DNA of 64,000 nt from Spirochaetaceae bacterium. Lineage in GTDB: Bacteria > Spirochaetota > Spirochaetia > DSM-2461. A program made the position numbers and the translations under genes. Below the pieces are notes generated by a model. It saw only the letters and a program-made list of their open reading frames with translations, did not search any database and was not told the DNA's origin. The stretch covers positions 1,632,001-1,696,000 of the forward strand of contig OZ245056.1 in NCBI GenBank assembly GCA_965224705.1, read 5' to 3'. Below, one piece after another: positions 19,980-29,656 of this stretch (position 1 is its first letter; every line of letters starts with the position of its first letter).

Positions 19980-20105
19980 AGGCCGCCGGAGCCGACATGG
20001 AACTCATCATCAAGGCCACAGGCTTGAGCGAGTCGGAGATCCAGAATCTTTGAAAGGCAGGCCAAAATCTGAAAAAGATTCATCAAAATTCACCTCAGTA
20101 AACAA
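19980..20105 (+). repeat. Duplicated 3' end of the Rpn gene plus downstream sequence
   Basis: About 125-bp near-identical direct repeat of 25099-25226, encoding ...AAGADMxLIIxATGLSESEIQNL*. Confidence 0.85.
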
Positions 20106-20137
20106 ACACCCCTTGCACTCACTGCCCCAAAAACTCA

Positions 20138-20166
20138 TTGACAACACTCCCTGTTAAAGATACCAT
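20138..20166 (+). promoter_or_regulatory. Sigma70 promoter of the Rpn gene (near-leaderless)
   Basis: TTGACA-N17-TACCAT, with the GTG start 9 nt after the -10 and no SD. Confidence 0.65.
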
Positions 20167-20175
20167 TGACCTACC

Positions 20176-20355
20176 GTGAGTCAGTATATTAATCCGATGA
20201 ACGACTTCTTCATGCGTTACCTGCTGGGGAGCAAGGACAGCGAGAACAACTGCCGCGGCTTTGTCAATGCCGTTCTTCAAGACATTGATTTCCCGACGGT
20301 AAGTAGCCTGACTATTCTCAATCCCTTCAACCTGAAAGAATACCTCGGGCACAAG
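20176..20355 (+). pseudogene. Rpn-family (PD-(D/E)XK nuclease/transposase) 5' fragment
   Basis: Translation INPMNDFFMRYLLGS...FVNAVL...LTILNPFNLKEY, interrupted at a MITE TIR. Confidence 0.85.
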
Positions 20356-20439
20356 GAGCTTGTCGGACTCACGCCTCACGGTTCGATTTTTGCCCTTCTC
20401 TCCAGAAGCAAGCCTCCTGCTTGCTTCTGGAAAGCCGCC

Positions 20440-22474
20440 ATCGAGTAGGAGGCACCCTGCGAAAGCAGGGATGCCGTCCTCTCACAGAACCGTGCGTACG
20501 GGTCCGTACACGGCTCCTCATGCATGTGTCCAATTTCTTTCAGTCTCAGGCTGAATAAATAAACTGCCCGAGTTCTTCAATGAAATAGCGATTGGGAAAA
20601 GCTTTGTGCATAGCCGGACTCCTTGAAGTCACCCAGATGCCCATATTGTTGATGATACGATTGGCCCCATACTCTGATACTCCCCTTTTTAATAGAGTTC
20701 GTTTAAGATTCCGGGGCCTCTTGTGCTCATACACTATTCGGGATCTCAATCGCCTTCTGGCATGGGCTTCCACTCTTTGAAGCTGGTGCTTATCTTCGGT
20801 CATACCGTAATATCCGCTCCAGCCCCGGTACCAGATATTCAGCTTTTCCACTGTAGCTTCAATAGACTGATTCGTTCGTCTGGGTATCAATTCACAAAGC
20901 CTTTCATTGGCTCTGCTCATTGACATCGACGAAATCGTAATCATTCCGGCCACAATGGTCATACCCAAAAACTTGATAACTTCGGCCTTTCCTGTTTTGC
21001 TCTTCTCCTCGTTGACAACGAGTTTCAGTTTCTTTTCAATGAAGTTTGAAATACTTCCCATCACTCTATCCGCCGCCTTTTGGGACTTAACGAATATGCT
21101 GCAGTCATCAGCAAATCGACAAAACTCCAGTCCTCGTTTTTCCAGTTCCCTGTCTAACTCGTCCAGAATCACATTGCTGAGCAATGGACTTAATGGACTA
21201 CCCTGTGTCGTTCCTACAAAGGTATTTTCTTTCTGTCCATTCACCATCACCCCGCTCCGCAGAGTCAGGCCGGTCAAGCGCAGAATCCGGTTGTCGATTT
21301 TATGGACCGTTCTCAGCTGTCTGATGATTCTATCGTGGCTGACCCTATCAAAGAACTTCGAGAGGTCGATATCCACCACAATATCCTTGCCGCTGCTGAC
21401 TATCGACTGAGCCTTTTCAATAGCCTGTTTCTGACTTCGTCCAGGACGAAAGCCAAAGCTGCTGGCAGAGAAGGTGGGGTCGATAATGGGTTCGAGCAGA
21501 AATTTGATGGATGCCTGGACCACTCTGTCACGCACACACGGCACGCCCAGAAGTCTCACTCCTCCTCCCGGTTTCGGGATCTCCACTCGTCTGACCGGTT
21601 GAGGTTTGTAGCTCCAGTCTTTCAGCTCCGCTGAGAGTTCCCGGATTTCCTGCTCAAGATTGGCTTTGTAATCCTCTACAGTGATCTCGTCGATGCCTGA
21701 TGACCCCCTGTTCTTACTCACCTCTCTAAAGCCTCGCCTCAATACCGGTGGACGGCATAATTCCTCAAAAAGTCTCATGCTGTCCACTTTGAACAGTTCT
21801 CCTTGTTCCAATTTTCTCTCCTTCGGTCACAGACGAGTATTTCTGCGTGTTCCACATCTCTTTTCCTTGTTTACGTCAGGAATGGGTGGAACACTCCCTA
21901 ATGGCTGGTTTCGTCTGATCTGATACTCATCGTTCCAACAGAACGTTTGCATGTTCCCCCCTTCACCTTTAACATCCTTGTCCTTTGATTCCTGTTTTAT
22001 CCTCACATATGTTGCCATATCGTCACAGGCAGAAATCTTTACGGTTACTATGGGTTCTTCTGACTGCCGGTGGAAGATAACCCTACATCCCTGCACGGCT
22101 TAGGAAATCTTATGGCGCTGTTCCACAGTTTCCATTCCACAGGCCCTCCCCGGGTAAGACCAATCTCCATTTCATATCCCGCCTGCCTTCTGCACAATTA
22201 TGGGGTTACGTAAAGGATATGGGACTTCGATAGCCGAAGGTATCTCATCCTCCATAACTGCTTTTCAAAGATTCACTCTCGTTCAGGCGAATATTTTGAC
22301 TTAGACTTCCTTCAGATTCCTCATTGGGAAAGACAATCTCCATCTGGTGAGCAGGCATACTCTCAATGCGTTGTCTATCTTTCTTCGGACACCCTTGTCT
22401 TTGTCTACAAATTCCCTCCTTTCAGGGCTTTGTCGGGATTTTCACCCGCTGGATATTGGCCATGCCGGGCACAC
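20440..22474 (-). mobile_element. Group II intron, 2035 nt (bacterial class C/E-like; class not certain)
   Basis: 5' end GTGTGCCCGGCATGG, domain V GAGGAGCCGTGTACGGACCCGTACGCACGGTTCT, and a domain VI hairpin ending CTACTCGAT. Confidence 0.9.
20546..21811 (-). CDS. ltrA: Group II intron reverse transcriptase/maturase without an endonuclease domain
   Basis: Motifs VEIPKPGGGVRLLGVP, SFGFRPGRS, DIDLSKFFD, GTTQGSPLSP, RFADD and FLG, plus maturase X (RGWSGYY). Confidence 0.93.
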   Translation of the reverse strand: MEQGELFKVDSMRLFEELCRPPVLRRGFREVSKNRGSSGIDEITVEDYKANLEQEIRELSAELKDWSYKPQPVRRVEIPKPGGGVRLLGVPCVRDRVVQASIKFLLEPIIDPTFSASSFGFRPGRSQKQAIEKAQSIVSSGKDIVVDIDLSKFFDRVSHDRIIRQLRTVHKIDNRILRLTGLTLRSGVMVNGQKENTFVGTTQGSPLSPLLSNVILDELDRELEKRGLEFCRFADDCSIFVKSQKAADRVMGSISNFIEKKLKLVVNEEKSKTGKAEVIKFLGMTIVAGMITISSMSMSRANERLCELIPRRTNQSIEATVEKLNIWYRGWSGYYGMTEDKHQLQRVEAHARRRLRSRIVYEHKRPRNLKRTLLKRGVSEYGANRIINNMGIWVTSRSPAMHKAFPNRYFIEELGQFIYSA

Positions 22475-22785
22475 TTCGTTCGTTTTCGCCGCCATCCGTG
22501 GCGGCTTTTCCTCGCTATCGCTCGGCACTCTCTCAGGATGCGAGTCTATAGACTCGCATCCCCCCTACTGCGTTGCCAATACTCACTTAAGCTAACTTAA
22601 GTTTTTGCCGCCTTGCATCAGGAAGAAATGATCAAAAATCGCCTTGAAGTCTTAAAGTCCGACAGGCTCCTGGAGATGGATTTCAAGGGGAAGGATATTA
22701 AGATTTCCGCCGGGGATGGGACATAACCCCTTAGCTTGTTAAACCCTCCCGTTCTGTGTAGAATAAGATTATACAGGAGGCCCCG

Positions 22786-24540
22786 TTGAAAAAACGTATC
22801 GGGCTGGGATATTTTGACTTCAAAGAGTTCATCGATGAAAACCTCTACTTTGTGGATAAAACCCCGCTCATCGGGTACCTGATCGATCAGGGGAGCAAGG
22901 TCAACCTGATCACCCGGCCCCGCAGGTTTGGAAAATCCCTCAATATCAGCATGTTGGGCTACTTTTTTGAAACCGATAAACCGGGGAAGGTGGACCCGGA
23001 GGGGCACAGAACTCTCTTTGATGAGTTCAAGATCTGCTCCCATCCCCGGTTTGAGGAATTTCAGGGCCACTACCCGGTGATACACCTCAGCTTTAAGGAA
23101 GCCAAGGACCCCGACTTTGAGACATCTCTTGAGTTTTTGCAGGATGCCATAGCCGGTGAGTACCGGCGTCATAAATATCTGACAGAGCTCCTTGATAAAG
23201 AGGAGAAACTCTATTTTGAGAGCATTCTTCATGGTCGGGGAAACCGGAAAGAGTACTCCTCTGCCATAAAAGAGCTCTCCCGCTGGCTGGAGATGGCCTA
23301 CAAGCAAAAGGTGTTCATCCTGCTGGATGAGTACGACACTCCCTTGCAGGCGGCTTACCTGCACGGTTGTTACAAGGAAATGATCCCCTTTATCCGCAGT
23401 TTTATGCTCCAGACCTTCAAGGACAACCCGGCCCTCAAGCAGGCCGTGGTAATCGGGATCCTTCGGGTGGCTCAGGAATCGATTTTTAGTGATTTTAACA
23501 ACCCCTCGGCTGCCACCATTCTGGATATGAGTATGGATGAATATTTTGGCTTTACCGAAGAGGAGGTAGTGGAGGCGGCCTGCTATTTTGATCTGGAAGA
23601 TAAGCTCCCGGGCATCCGGGAGTGGTACAACGGCTACATCTTTGGACAGAACCGGGTAATCTACAACCCCTGGAGCATTATGAGCTACCTGCGGGAGCCC
23701 CGTAACGGTCTGATTCCCTACTGGGTTAACACCAGCAACAACCTCTTGATCAAAGAGGTACTCCAGTTAGATAAACTGGAGGGGAAAAAGGGGGTTGAAA
23801 CCCTCCTGAAAGGGGAGCCTTTCCGCAAAAATGTAATGAACCATGTGGTCTATACGGATATCAAAAAGAGCCCCGAGGCGGCCTGGAGTTTTCTGCTCCA
23901 TGCGGGGTACCTCAAGGCAAGTGAGCGGGAGCAGGACGGTACCCGCATCACCTACAACCTCTCCATACCCAATCTGGAGGTGGCGTATGTCTATCAGACC
24001 ATGGTGCAGAACTGGTTTAGGGATAATATGGATGTGGATACCTTGCTGCAATCATTCATCGAGGGTATCCAAACCCATAATACTGGAAAGATAGAAGAGA
24101 CTCTGGAGAGCATTCTGCTGCGGAATGTGAGTTACTACGATGCGGCAATCTCTGAGGAGTCCGAAAAAGGGGGGGAGCGAACCAAACGGGAGAACTTCTA
24201 CCACGGCCTTGTGCTGGGACTGCTCCTTCATTTGGGTTCAACCTATAGCGTGGAAAGCAACTCCGAGCATGGTTTAGGGAGACCCGATATTGTTATTATC
24301 AAAAAAACCGACCCCGTGGAAGCGGTGATCATCGAACTGAAACAGGCTCCCAAATCCGCTCCTGACACCCCGGAGACGCTGGCGGAAGCTGCCCTGAACC
24401 AGATTGAAACCCAAAAGTATGACAAGGGGATAAAAGAGAAATGGCTCCCCCAAACCTTCTTTTGTCTGGGAGTGGGTTTCAAGGAGAAGGAGCTAAAGGT
24501 CTCTGCCAAAGACCATGCCCCGCCATCCCCGTTTGCGTGA
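22786..24540 (+). CDS. AAA-ATPase-like plus PD-(D/E)XK nuclease protein, divergent paralog
   Basis: Motifs RPRRFGKS, LLDEYDTP, WYNGY, ENFYHG, GRPDI and IELK. TTG start after AGGAGG. Confidence 0.92.
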   Translation: MKKRIGLGYFDFKEFIDENLYFVDKTPLIGYLIDQGSKVNLITRPRRFGKSLNISMLGYFFETDKPGKVDPEGHRTLFDEFKICSHPRFEEFQGHYPVIHLSFKEAKDPDFETSLEFLQDAIAGEYRRHKYLTELLDKEEKLYFESILHGRGNRKEYSSAIKELSRWLEMAYKQKVFILLDEYDTPLQAAYLHGCYKEMIPFIRSFMLQTFKDNPALKQAVVIGILRVAQESIFSDFNNPSAATILDMSMDEYFGFTEEEVVEAACYFDLEDKLPGIREWYNGYIFGQNRVIYNPWSIMSYLREPRNGLIPYWVNTSNNLLIKEVLQLDKLEGKKGVETLLKGEPFRKNVMNHVVYTDIKKSPEAAWSFLLHAGYLKASEREQDGTRITYNLSIPNLEVAYVYQTMVQNWFRDNMDVDTLLQSFIEGIQTHNTGKIEETLESILLRNVSYYDAAISEESEKGGERTKRENFYHGLVLGLLLHLGSTYSVESNSEHGLGRPDIVIIKKTDPVEAVIIELKQAPKSAPDTPETLAEAALNQIETQKYDKGIKEKWLPQTFFCLGVGFKEKELKVSAKDHAPPSPFA

Positions 24541-24644
24541 GCTGTTTCCTTTTGTTAATGCTCATATATACGCATTGTCCAGCGCTTTTAAGCGGGTTTT
24601 CCGCCAAGGCTTGCGAACAAAATCCTTCGTCCTGACTTAAGTCC

Positions 24645-25172
24645 CAGACACAAAATGGATACAGCGAGCTTTCACCGGTGATCAGCATTAATCTGCTGGA
24701 TTTTGTTTTGTGGCCCAATCTAAAACAGGTACACAGTTGCTTCATGCTCAGGGAGCAGAGAAATCCAGACTGCGTTTTTTCGAATGACATTATTGTTCAT
24801 TGTCTGGAAACTCCCAAACTGGAAGATCATCCGCAGGACTTAAGTGCGGGCCTGAGCGGATGGTTAATCTATTTGAAATTAGAGGGCAAAGTACCGGAGA
24901 CGGAATTGTTAGAAGTAATAAAGGAGGATCCTGTTTTGCAAGAGGTTCATAAGAAGTACAATCAGTTTTTAAGTAATTCTGAATTGATGGAGGCCTATGA
25001 GGGCAGGCAGAAATGGCTGCATGACCAGGCGACAATCAGGGAAGAAAGCTTTAAAGAAGGCAGAAATGAGGAAAAAAAACAGACAGCCAGACGCCTGAAG
25101 GCCGCCGGAGCCGACATGGGACTCATCATCGAGGCCACAGGCCTGAGCGAATCGGAGATCCAGAATCTTTGA
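24645..25172 (+). pseudogene. Rpn-family nuclease 3' fragment
   Basis: Translation YSELSPVISINLLDF...LETPKL...WLIYLK...EESFKEGRNEEKKQTARRL...ATGLSESEIQNL. The middle catalytic segment is absent. Confidence 0.85.
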
Positions 25173-25236
25173 AAGGCAGGCCAAAAATCTAAAAAAGATC
25201 TACCAAAACCCACCTCAGTAAACAACAATCCAGCGC

Positions 25237-25440
25237 TTAGTGCCAACCCGGCCCTGAGGCCATAGTCATCACCTCGTCCCCCTGCTGTATCCGCCCCGCC
25301 CTGACCGCCTCATGGAAGGCCATGGGAATACAGCCCGAATCCGTGTCGCCATAGCGGTCCATCACGCAGGTTGTATCCTCCATAGGCCGACCGATAAGCC
25401 CCATCACCTCCTGGATAACCTGGCGGACTTGCGCTGCTAT
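25237..25440 (-). pseudogene. FabH-like (3-oxoacyl-ACP synthase III) C-terminal fragment
   Basis: Translation VMDRYGDTDSGCIPMAFHEAVRAGRIQQGDEVMTMASG. Confidence 0.6.
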
Positions 25441-25460
25441 GCATTTTAGTCAGCATATTG

Positions 25461-25882
25461 CTAACGTTCTTCTCCGCGATGCCTTGTCAGGCTTGTTTTA
25501 AGCTCCATGTATTTGACCGGAATCAATCTGTGTCCAATCATATCAACGGCGGCTCCGCATTACCCCAGAACGATATATCCAGGTAGAGGCTCATACTCAC
25601 CACCATTGGGCTTCATATCAAAAAAAGAACTTCATTGTAAATTGTCCTGAAACCTTCCACTTTTATCTGGACCGGGCCGCACACAGTGCCTTGCACGGCT
25701 TCTTGAGTTGCGGTTTGTAAATCGACCGTTTCTTCTGTGTCGAATGCTCCAAAATCTCTTTTCCAGGCTAGAGGAAGAGTTAAATAACTTGCTCCAGTAT
25801 CAACGAAAATATCTGTTTTCTTCGACTTTCCTTCCGAACTTAGATTTTGAATACTTACAGTGCTGACTATTCTTCCCATCAC
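25461..25882 (-). pseudogene. Clan AA (retropepsin-like) aspartic protease, disrupted
   Basis: FVDTGAS motif. A frameshift in the T-run near 25620 is followed by YEPLPGYIVLG*CGAAVDMIGHRL with an in-frame stop. Confidence 0.7.
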
Positions 25883-25955
25883 CTGTGCTCCTTTTCAAGA
25901 TTGCGCCTGGCAGATCGGCCGACATTCTCTGGGGAACGCAAATAAGATACGGATC

Positions 25956-26567
25956 TTATGATACCGGCTGCCGCAGAATTGTTTTCAAATTCTCCGGGGC
26001 CGCTCGTCTGAAGTCGCTAAGATATATTTCATGGTGACTCCCCCGCTTATGCTTGCCGCATTTTTCAATGAAGGTATGCAGTTTGTCTATTGTTGGTCCC
26101 TCTTCTTCAAACGGACCCCGGTGCATGATTTGCACGGCCTGGGCCTCTTCAAATGCTTCAAACCGAACCTGAGATAGTGCCCTGGGATTCTTCTTGATAC
26201 TCACCTTTTCGATAGCTTCATTGACCATTTCACCAGTAATGAATTCCGGCTGCATAATCATGAGAGTCCATTTCCACTCGTCTTTTCTTTTTTCGATAAA
26301 TGCGGATGAATCGTCAGCCCACCACAGTCCTTCAAGCGGCATTACTCCGTAATCAATGCCAGATGCACCGTTTTTACTCATGAATTTCAATGTGTAGGCA
26401 AGCGGATACAGGGCATTTATAGCTTCTTCAAAGGCTTTGGAAGTGTTTGGATCTCCCTGACCGTCAATCATGAGGAAACTCATCTTCGGTACATCCACAA
26501 ATTCTACCTGTTTCAGAGATGCTCGGTACAAGTGCTTTAACTCTTTCTTAAAATCAATTTTCTCCAT
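25956..26567 (-). CDS. GyrI-like small-molecule-binding domain protein
   Basis: Motifs FLMIDGQGDPN, DYGVMPLEGLWW, WKWTLMIMQP, HHEIYLSD and KTILRQP. Confidence 0.88.
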   Translation of the reverse strand: MEKIDFKKELKHLYRASLKQVEFVDVPKMSFLMIDGQGDPNTSKAFEEAINALYPLAYTLKFMSKNGASGIDYGVMPLEGLWWADDSSAFIEKRKDEWKWTLMIMQPEFITGEMVNEAIEKVSIKKNPRALSQVRFEAFEEAQAVQIMHRGPFEEEGPTIDKLHTFIEKCGKHKRGSHHEIYLSDFRRAAPENLKTILRQPVS

Positions 26568-26676
26568 TGGTATGCCTCCTGGTCATGCGTGCAGACTCCA
26601 CCTGTGTATATGGGGAAGAAGGAATCTAAATGTCATGAGTAAACAATAAACAGAACCCGAATGACTGTCAAAGATT

Positions 26677-26745
26677 CAGGGCAATCGCATTCAATTTCTA
26701 TCACAAAAGAAATGAAAAAACAATAGTTTTGAGGGTTTGACGGGC
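26677..26745 (-). mobile_element. Solo right end of the ISAs1-like MITE
   Basis: cagggcaatcgcattcaatttctatcacaaaagaaatgaaaaaac resembles 54222-54270. Confidence 0.6.
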
Positions 26746-26917
26746 ATGGATTGCCATGGCAGAACGGGTCAGTTTTTCGCATCGATTCTGTACCGTATCG
26801 GAAGAAACCTCATCCTTGCCGGTAATCTTCACCCACTTATCAGCAGGGTCTATGAGTTATGAATAGAGAAAAAACTCGGTATGGATACATCTCCAAAATC
26901 ATGCTATTCTGTAAACG

Positions 26918-27603
26918 ATGATAAAACCAATTCCCAAAGCCCAGATTACCCTGGACACCTTCTTCAAAAGACAGGCAAGGGAGTTTTTCGGCTCCTGCGG
27001 ATACCTGGTTGAAACAGAACATGAGATGCTTAAAAGCCCCAAGAGGCTGGATGTTCCCTTATCAAGCAAAACACCGCCAGCGTAGAATTCGACATCTTCA
27101 ACTATTTCGCTCCGTACAATCTGGTCAGCTACAAATCATACGGCGATGCCGTAAGAGCACAGGATATCTATGACCTCTCCATATATACAAATCTCTACCT
27201 GAGAGAAAACCCGGGAGCCAATTACGGCAATACCACCATCACACTCATCTGTTCCAGAACCCCGAGGAAATTCATCCAGGAATACAAGAAATCTTTCACC
27301 GAATCATCTCCCGGCCACTTCATCGGCAACTATGAAATGTATAAGATCCACATAATCAACATTGAAATCATCCGGCTATCGGGGCCTGACGGCATGTTTT
27401 TATCCGAATTCTGCCGGAATATCGACCGCTTATCCGGCCAGGCTGCAATCGAAGAGTCTGGTTTCCCAAAACAGATTGTTGACAAGCTGCTTAAGGGGAC
27501 TATAATGAGATTATCAATCTTTGAAGGCAAAGAGGATAACATGGTACCCGTTGCCGATGTAACCGAACTGATGAGGCCTCAACCCTATAAGACCGCCAAT
27601 TGA
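26918..27603 (+). pseudogene. Frameshifted PD-(D/E)XK-like/Rpn-like hypothetical gene
   Basis: MIKPIP...VETEHEMLKSPKRLDV, a frameshift near 27057, then LIKQ...FAPYNLVSYKSYGD... which joins ORF 27337-27603. Extended -10 TGCTATTCT lies 7 nt before the ATG. Confidence 0.6.
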
Positions 27604-27671
27604 TTCGAACCTAACAAACACACAGGCAAATGCTGAATCAAAGTCGGAAAAATCGGTCATGGAATTGGCTT

Positions 27672-28211
27672 TTACCGGGAGAATTTTAGTTTCCAGGATA
27701 CTGTATATGCTTTCGTTTTCTCCATATTTGGCATTATAACTGAATAGGTTAAGATAACTTTGCCATCTGCAGCAGGTATTTTGTATTTGTCCTGTTTTAG
27801 TATTTTTGTTCCGAAAAGGAATAAATAAAAGTATAATATTTCATCATCTTCAGGGTCTCTTCTCCATTCCATTTTGCATGTTTGTTCTAAAGAGCCATTG
27901 GTTTTATTGACACGTAGAATTTTTTCATCTAGAGAAGATAAATACCATTCCTTTTTTGCATGTATTTCAACTCCATTGAACCATAATCCATGGATTTCTA
28001 AAGAAGTATTTGCATACTCATATACTTCATTCACAGATAATGGTATATTATATGGCAAAGAAATCTCAGGAATATTTCCATCTTTTTTAATATGATAAAT
28101 CCCTAAATCTATTGAGTTTTCAGGTACAGGCGTGTCTGGATCTCCTTCAGCGTATACATGTATAGCAATAAAAATCGATATAAAAATATAGAATAGTAAT
28201 ACTTTTTTCAC
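27672..28211 (-). CDS. Hypothetical secreted protein (AT-rich)
   Basis: Signal peptide MKKVLLFYIFISIFIAIHVYA; markedly low GC. Confidence 0.7.
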   Translation of the reverse strand: MKKVLLFYIFISIFIAIHVYAEGDPDTPVPENSIDLGIYHIKKDGNIPEISLPYNIPLSVNEVYEYANTSLEIHGLWFNGVEIHAKKEWYLSSLDEKILRVNKTNGSLEQTCKMEWRRDPEDDEILYFYLFLFGTKILKQDKYKIPAADGKVILTYSVIMPNMEKTKAYTVSWKLKFSR

Positions 28212-28486
28212 AGCATTTTTTCCTTGGCTACAACCCGGATACGGCAGGAAAGTTTCGTCTCCGATCTTTCAAATAAATCTTTCATTAATTATTTTCAGAA
28301 CAAGAATATTATAGTCCGGATTTTTTGCTCCGTATATCTCTCTTTGCTTAACCCCAGGATAATTTCCATAATTATCAAATGCGGTTCCAACTTTTTTTCT
28401 CCTATGGGTATTCTCAGGTGCGATTCGTTTGAAAGCTAATAACAGTATGGTTGAAACCAGGAATGTGCGTATTTAAGGGAATCGAA

Positions 28487-28529
28487 AACTGCTGCCTGAG
28501 TCATCATTTGGATTCGAGGCAGCAGTTTA
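28487..28529. terminator. Hairpin terminator after the ECF sigma operon
   Basis: Stem aaactgctgcct/aggcagcagttt. Confidence 0.65.
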
Positions 28530-28552
28530 ATCCGATCTAAACAATGAAAATA

Positions 28553-28990
28553 CTATTCATTGTCATCCGTTCGGGGTTCTTCTGTGGCATTGGAAACACC
28601 GTCTCCATCCATCCGGGATTCTTCACGCATGCAGTTTTTGATTGCCTTTTTGCGCTTCCTTTCCCGTCGACGGCTTTCACCGGAATTACCAAAATCCTTG
28701 AAAAAGATGCAGGAGAGGAGAAGTAATCCCCAGGCCTGCCAGTATCTGATTCGTCCGAATCCAAAAATGTCGGGCATGAGTGCATTCCACAGCATCATCG
28801 TTACCCAGCCAATAAAAAAAACGAATGCGATTCCAAGAATACCGAAGCCAATCCCGATCAGGATTTTTTCGGCTATCCTCCTGTCCTCCCACCAGTCATT
28901 TCTACTGATATCTCTGCATCTTCCCCTGTCGGAATGCCCGTGATGATGTTCATGGAACCCGTTCCTGTCATTGTTTTCTTGTTCAGTCAT
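28553..28990 (-). CDS. Small membrane protein co-transcribed with the ECF sigma (possible anti-sigma)
   Basis: Transmembrane segments and LWNALMPDIFG...YWQAWGLLLL; SD GAGGAG. Confidence 0.75.
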   Translation of the reverse strand: MTEQENNDRNGFHEHHHGHSDRGRCRDISRNDWWEDRRIAEKILIGIGFGILGIAFVFFIGWVTMMLWNALMPDIFGFGRIRYWQAWGLLLLSCIFFKDFGNSGESRRRERKRKKAIKNCMREESRMDGDGVSNATEEPRTDDNE

Positions 28991-29006
28991 ATTATACTCC
29001 TCATAA

Positions 29007-29564
29007 CTAAACTTCATCGATCCAATGTCTCAGTGCCCGGGCAAGTTTGCTCAATGCATACCGTTTCCGAGCCTTGAGTGTATCAATGTTTTCTCCTGTG
29101 ACTTCCGAAATCTCCCGGAAGGTTAAACCGCCGAATATCTGAAATTCCACCACCTGCCGCTGAGGTGCGGGCAAGGCCTTAATAGCTGTATTCAAAGCAT
29201 CAACGAGGATGTCCTGAACATAAGCTTCCACAGGATCCAACCCAGCATCATAAACAATCCTCTGCAGTGTTTCCTCAGAGACATTTGTTTTGCCGCGTTC
29301 CACCCGATACCTGTCACGTCGCCATGCATCAATAAGTCGACTTTTGAATATGGTATTGATCCAGGCCGGGAGGTTGCTTATTTGTGCCAGCAGGGGCAGC
29401 TTTTCAAGGGTTTCGGCATAAACATCGTGAATAAGATCTTCCGCCTCTTCCAACGTTCGTCCCATAGCCTTCAAGCGAGACAAGAACCGCGGTTTCTCAC
29501 TCCTGTAGGCATTTTCCAAACGCCGATGATTGTCTTTTTCGGTTGGCTTCAAATCTTTTTTCAT
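29007..29564 (-). CDS. ECF-type RNA polymerase sigma factor
   Basis: EAEDLIHDV (region 2) and LPAPQRQV...GLTFREISEVTGENIDTLKARKRYA (region 4). Confidence 0.9.
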   Translation of the reverse strand: MKKDLKPTEKDNHRRLENAYRSEKPRFLSRLKAMGRTLEEAEDLIHDVYAETLEKLPLLAQISNLPAWINTIFKSRLIDAWRRDRYRVERGKTNVSEETLQRIVYDAGLDPVEAYVQDILVDALNTAIKALPAPQRQVVEFQIFGGLTFREISEVTGENIDTLKARKRYALSKLARALRHWIDEV

Positions 29565-29656
29565 AATGCTGCCCCTATCGACGAATGGACCGGATTTCAG
29601 GTGTAATTATTTTCAAAAAGTTTTGTTCGTAGTTTGACTGACTGGAAATTGTCTGA

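Larger units (their letters stand above)
20356..22669. mobile_element. GAG(T/C)(C/T)TGTCGGA-type MITE expanded by extra palindromes and hosting a group II intron
   Basis: Ends gagcttgtcggactc and aagtccgacaggctc are colinear with the MITE at 58476-58636. The flanks CAAG and CTGG do not match. Confidence 0.8.

Noticed and set aside
20546..21811. RT as a DGR, retron or defence RT
   Set aside because: It has a maturase domain and is enclosed by canonical group II intron 5' end and domain V/VI sequences.
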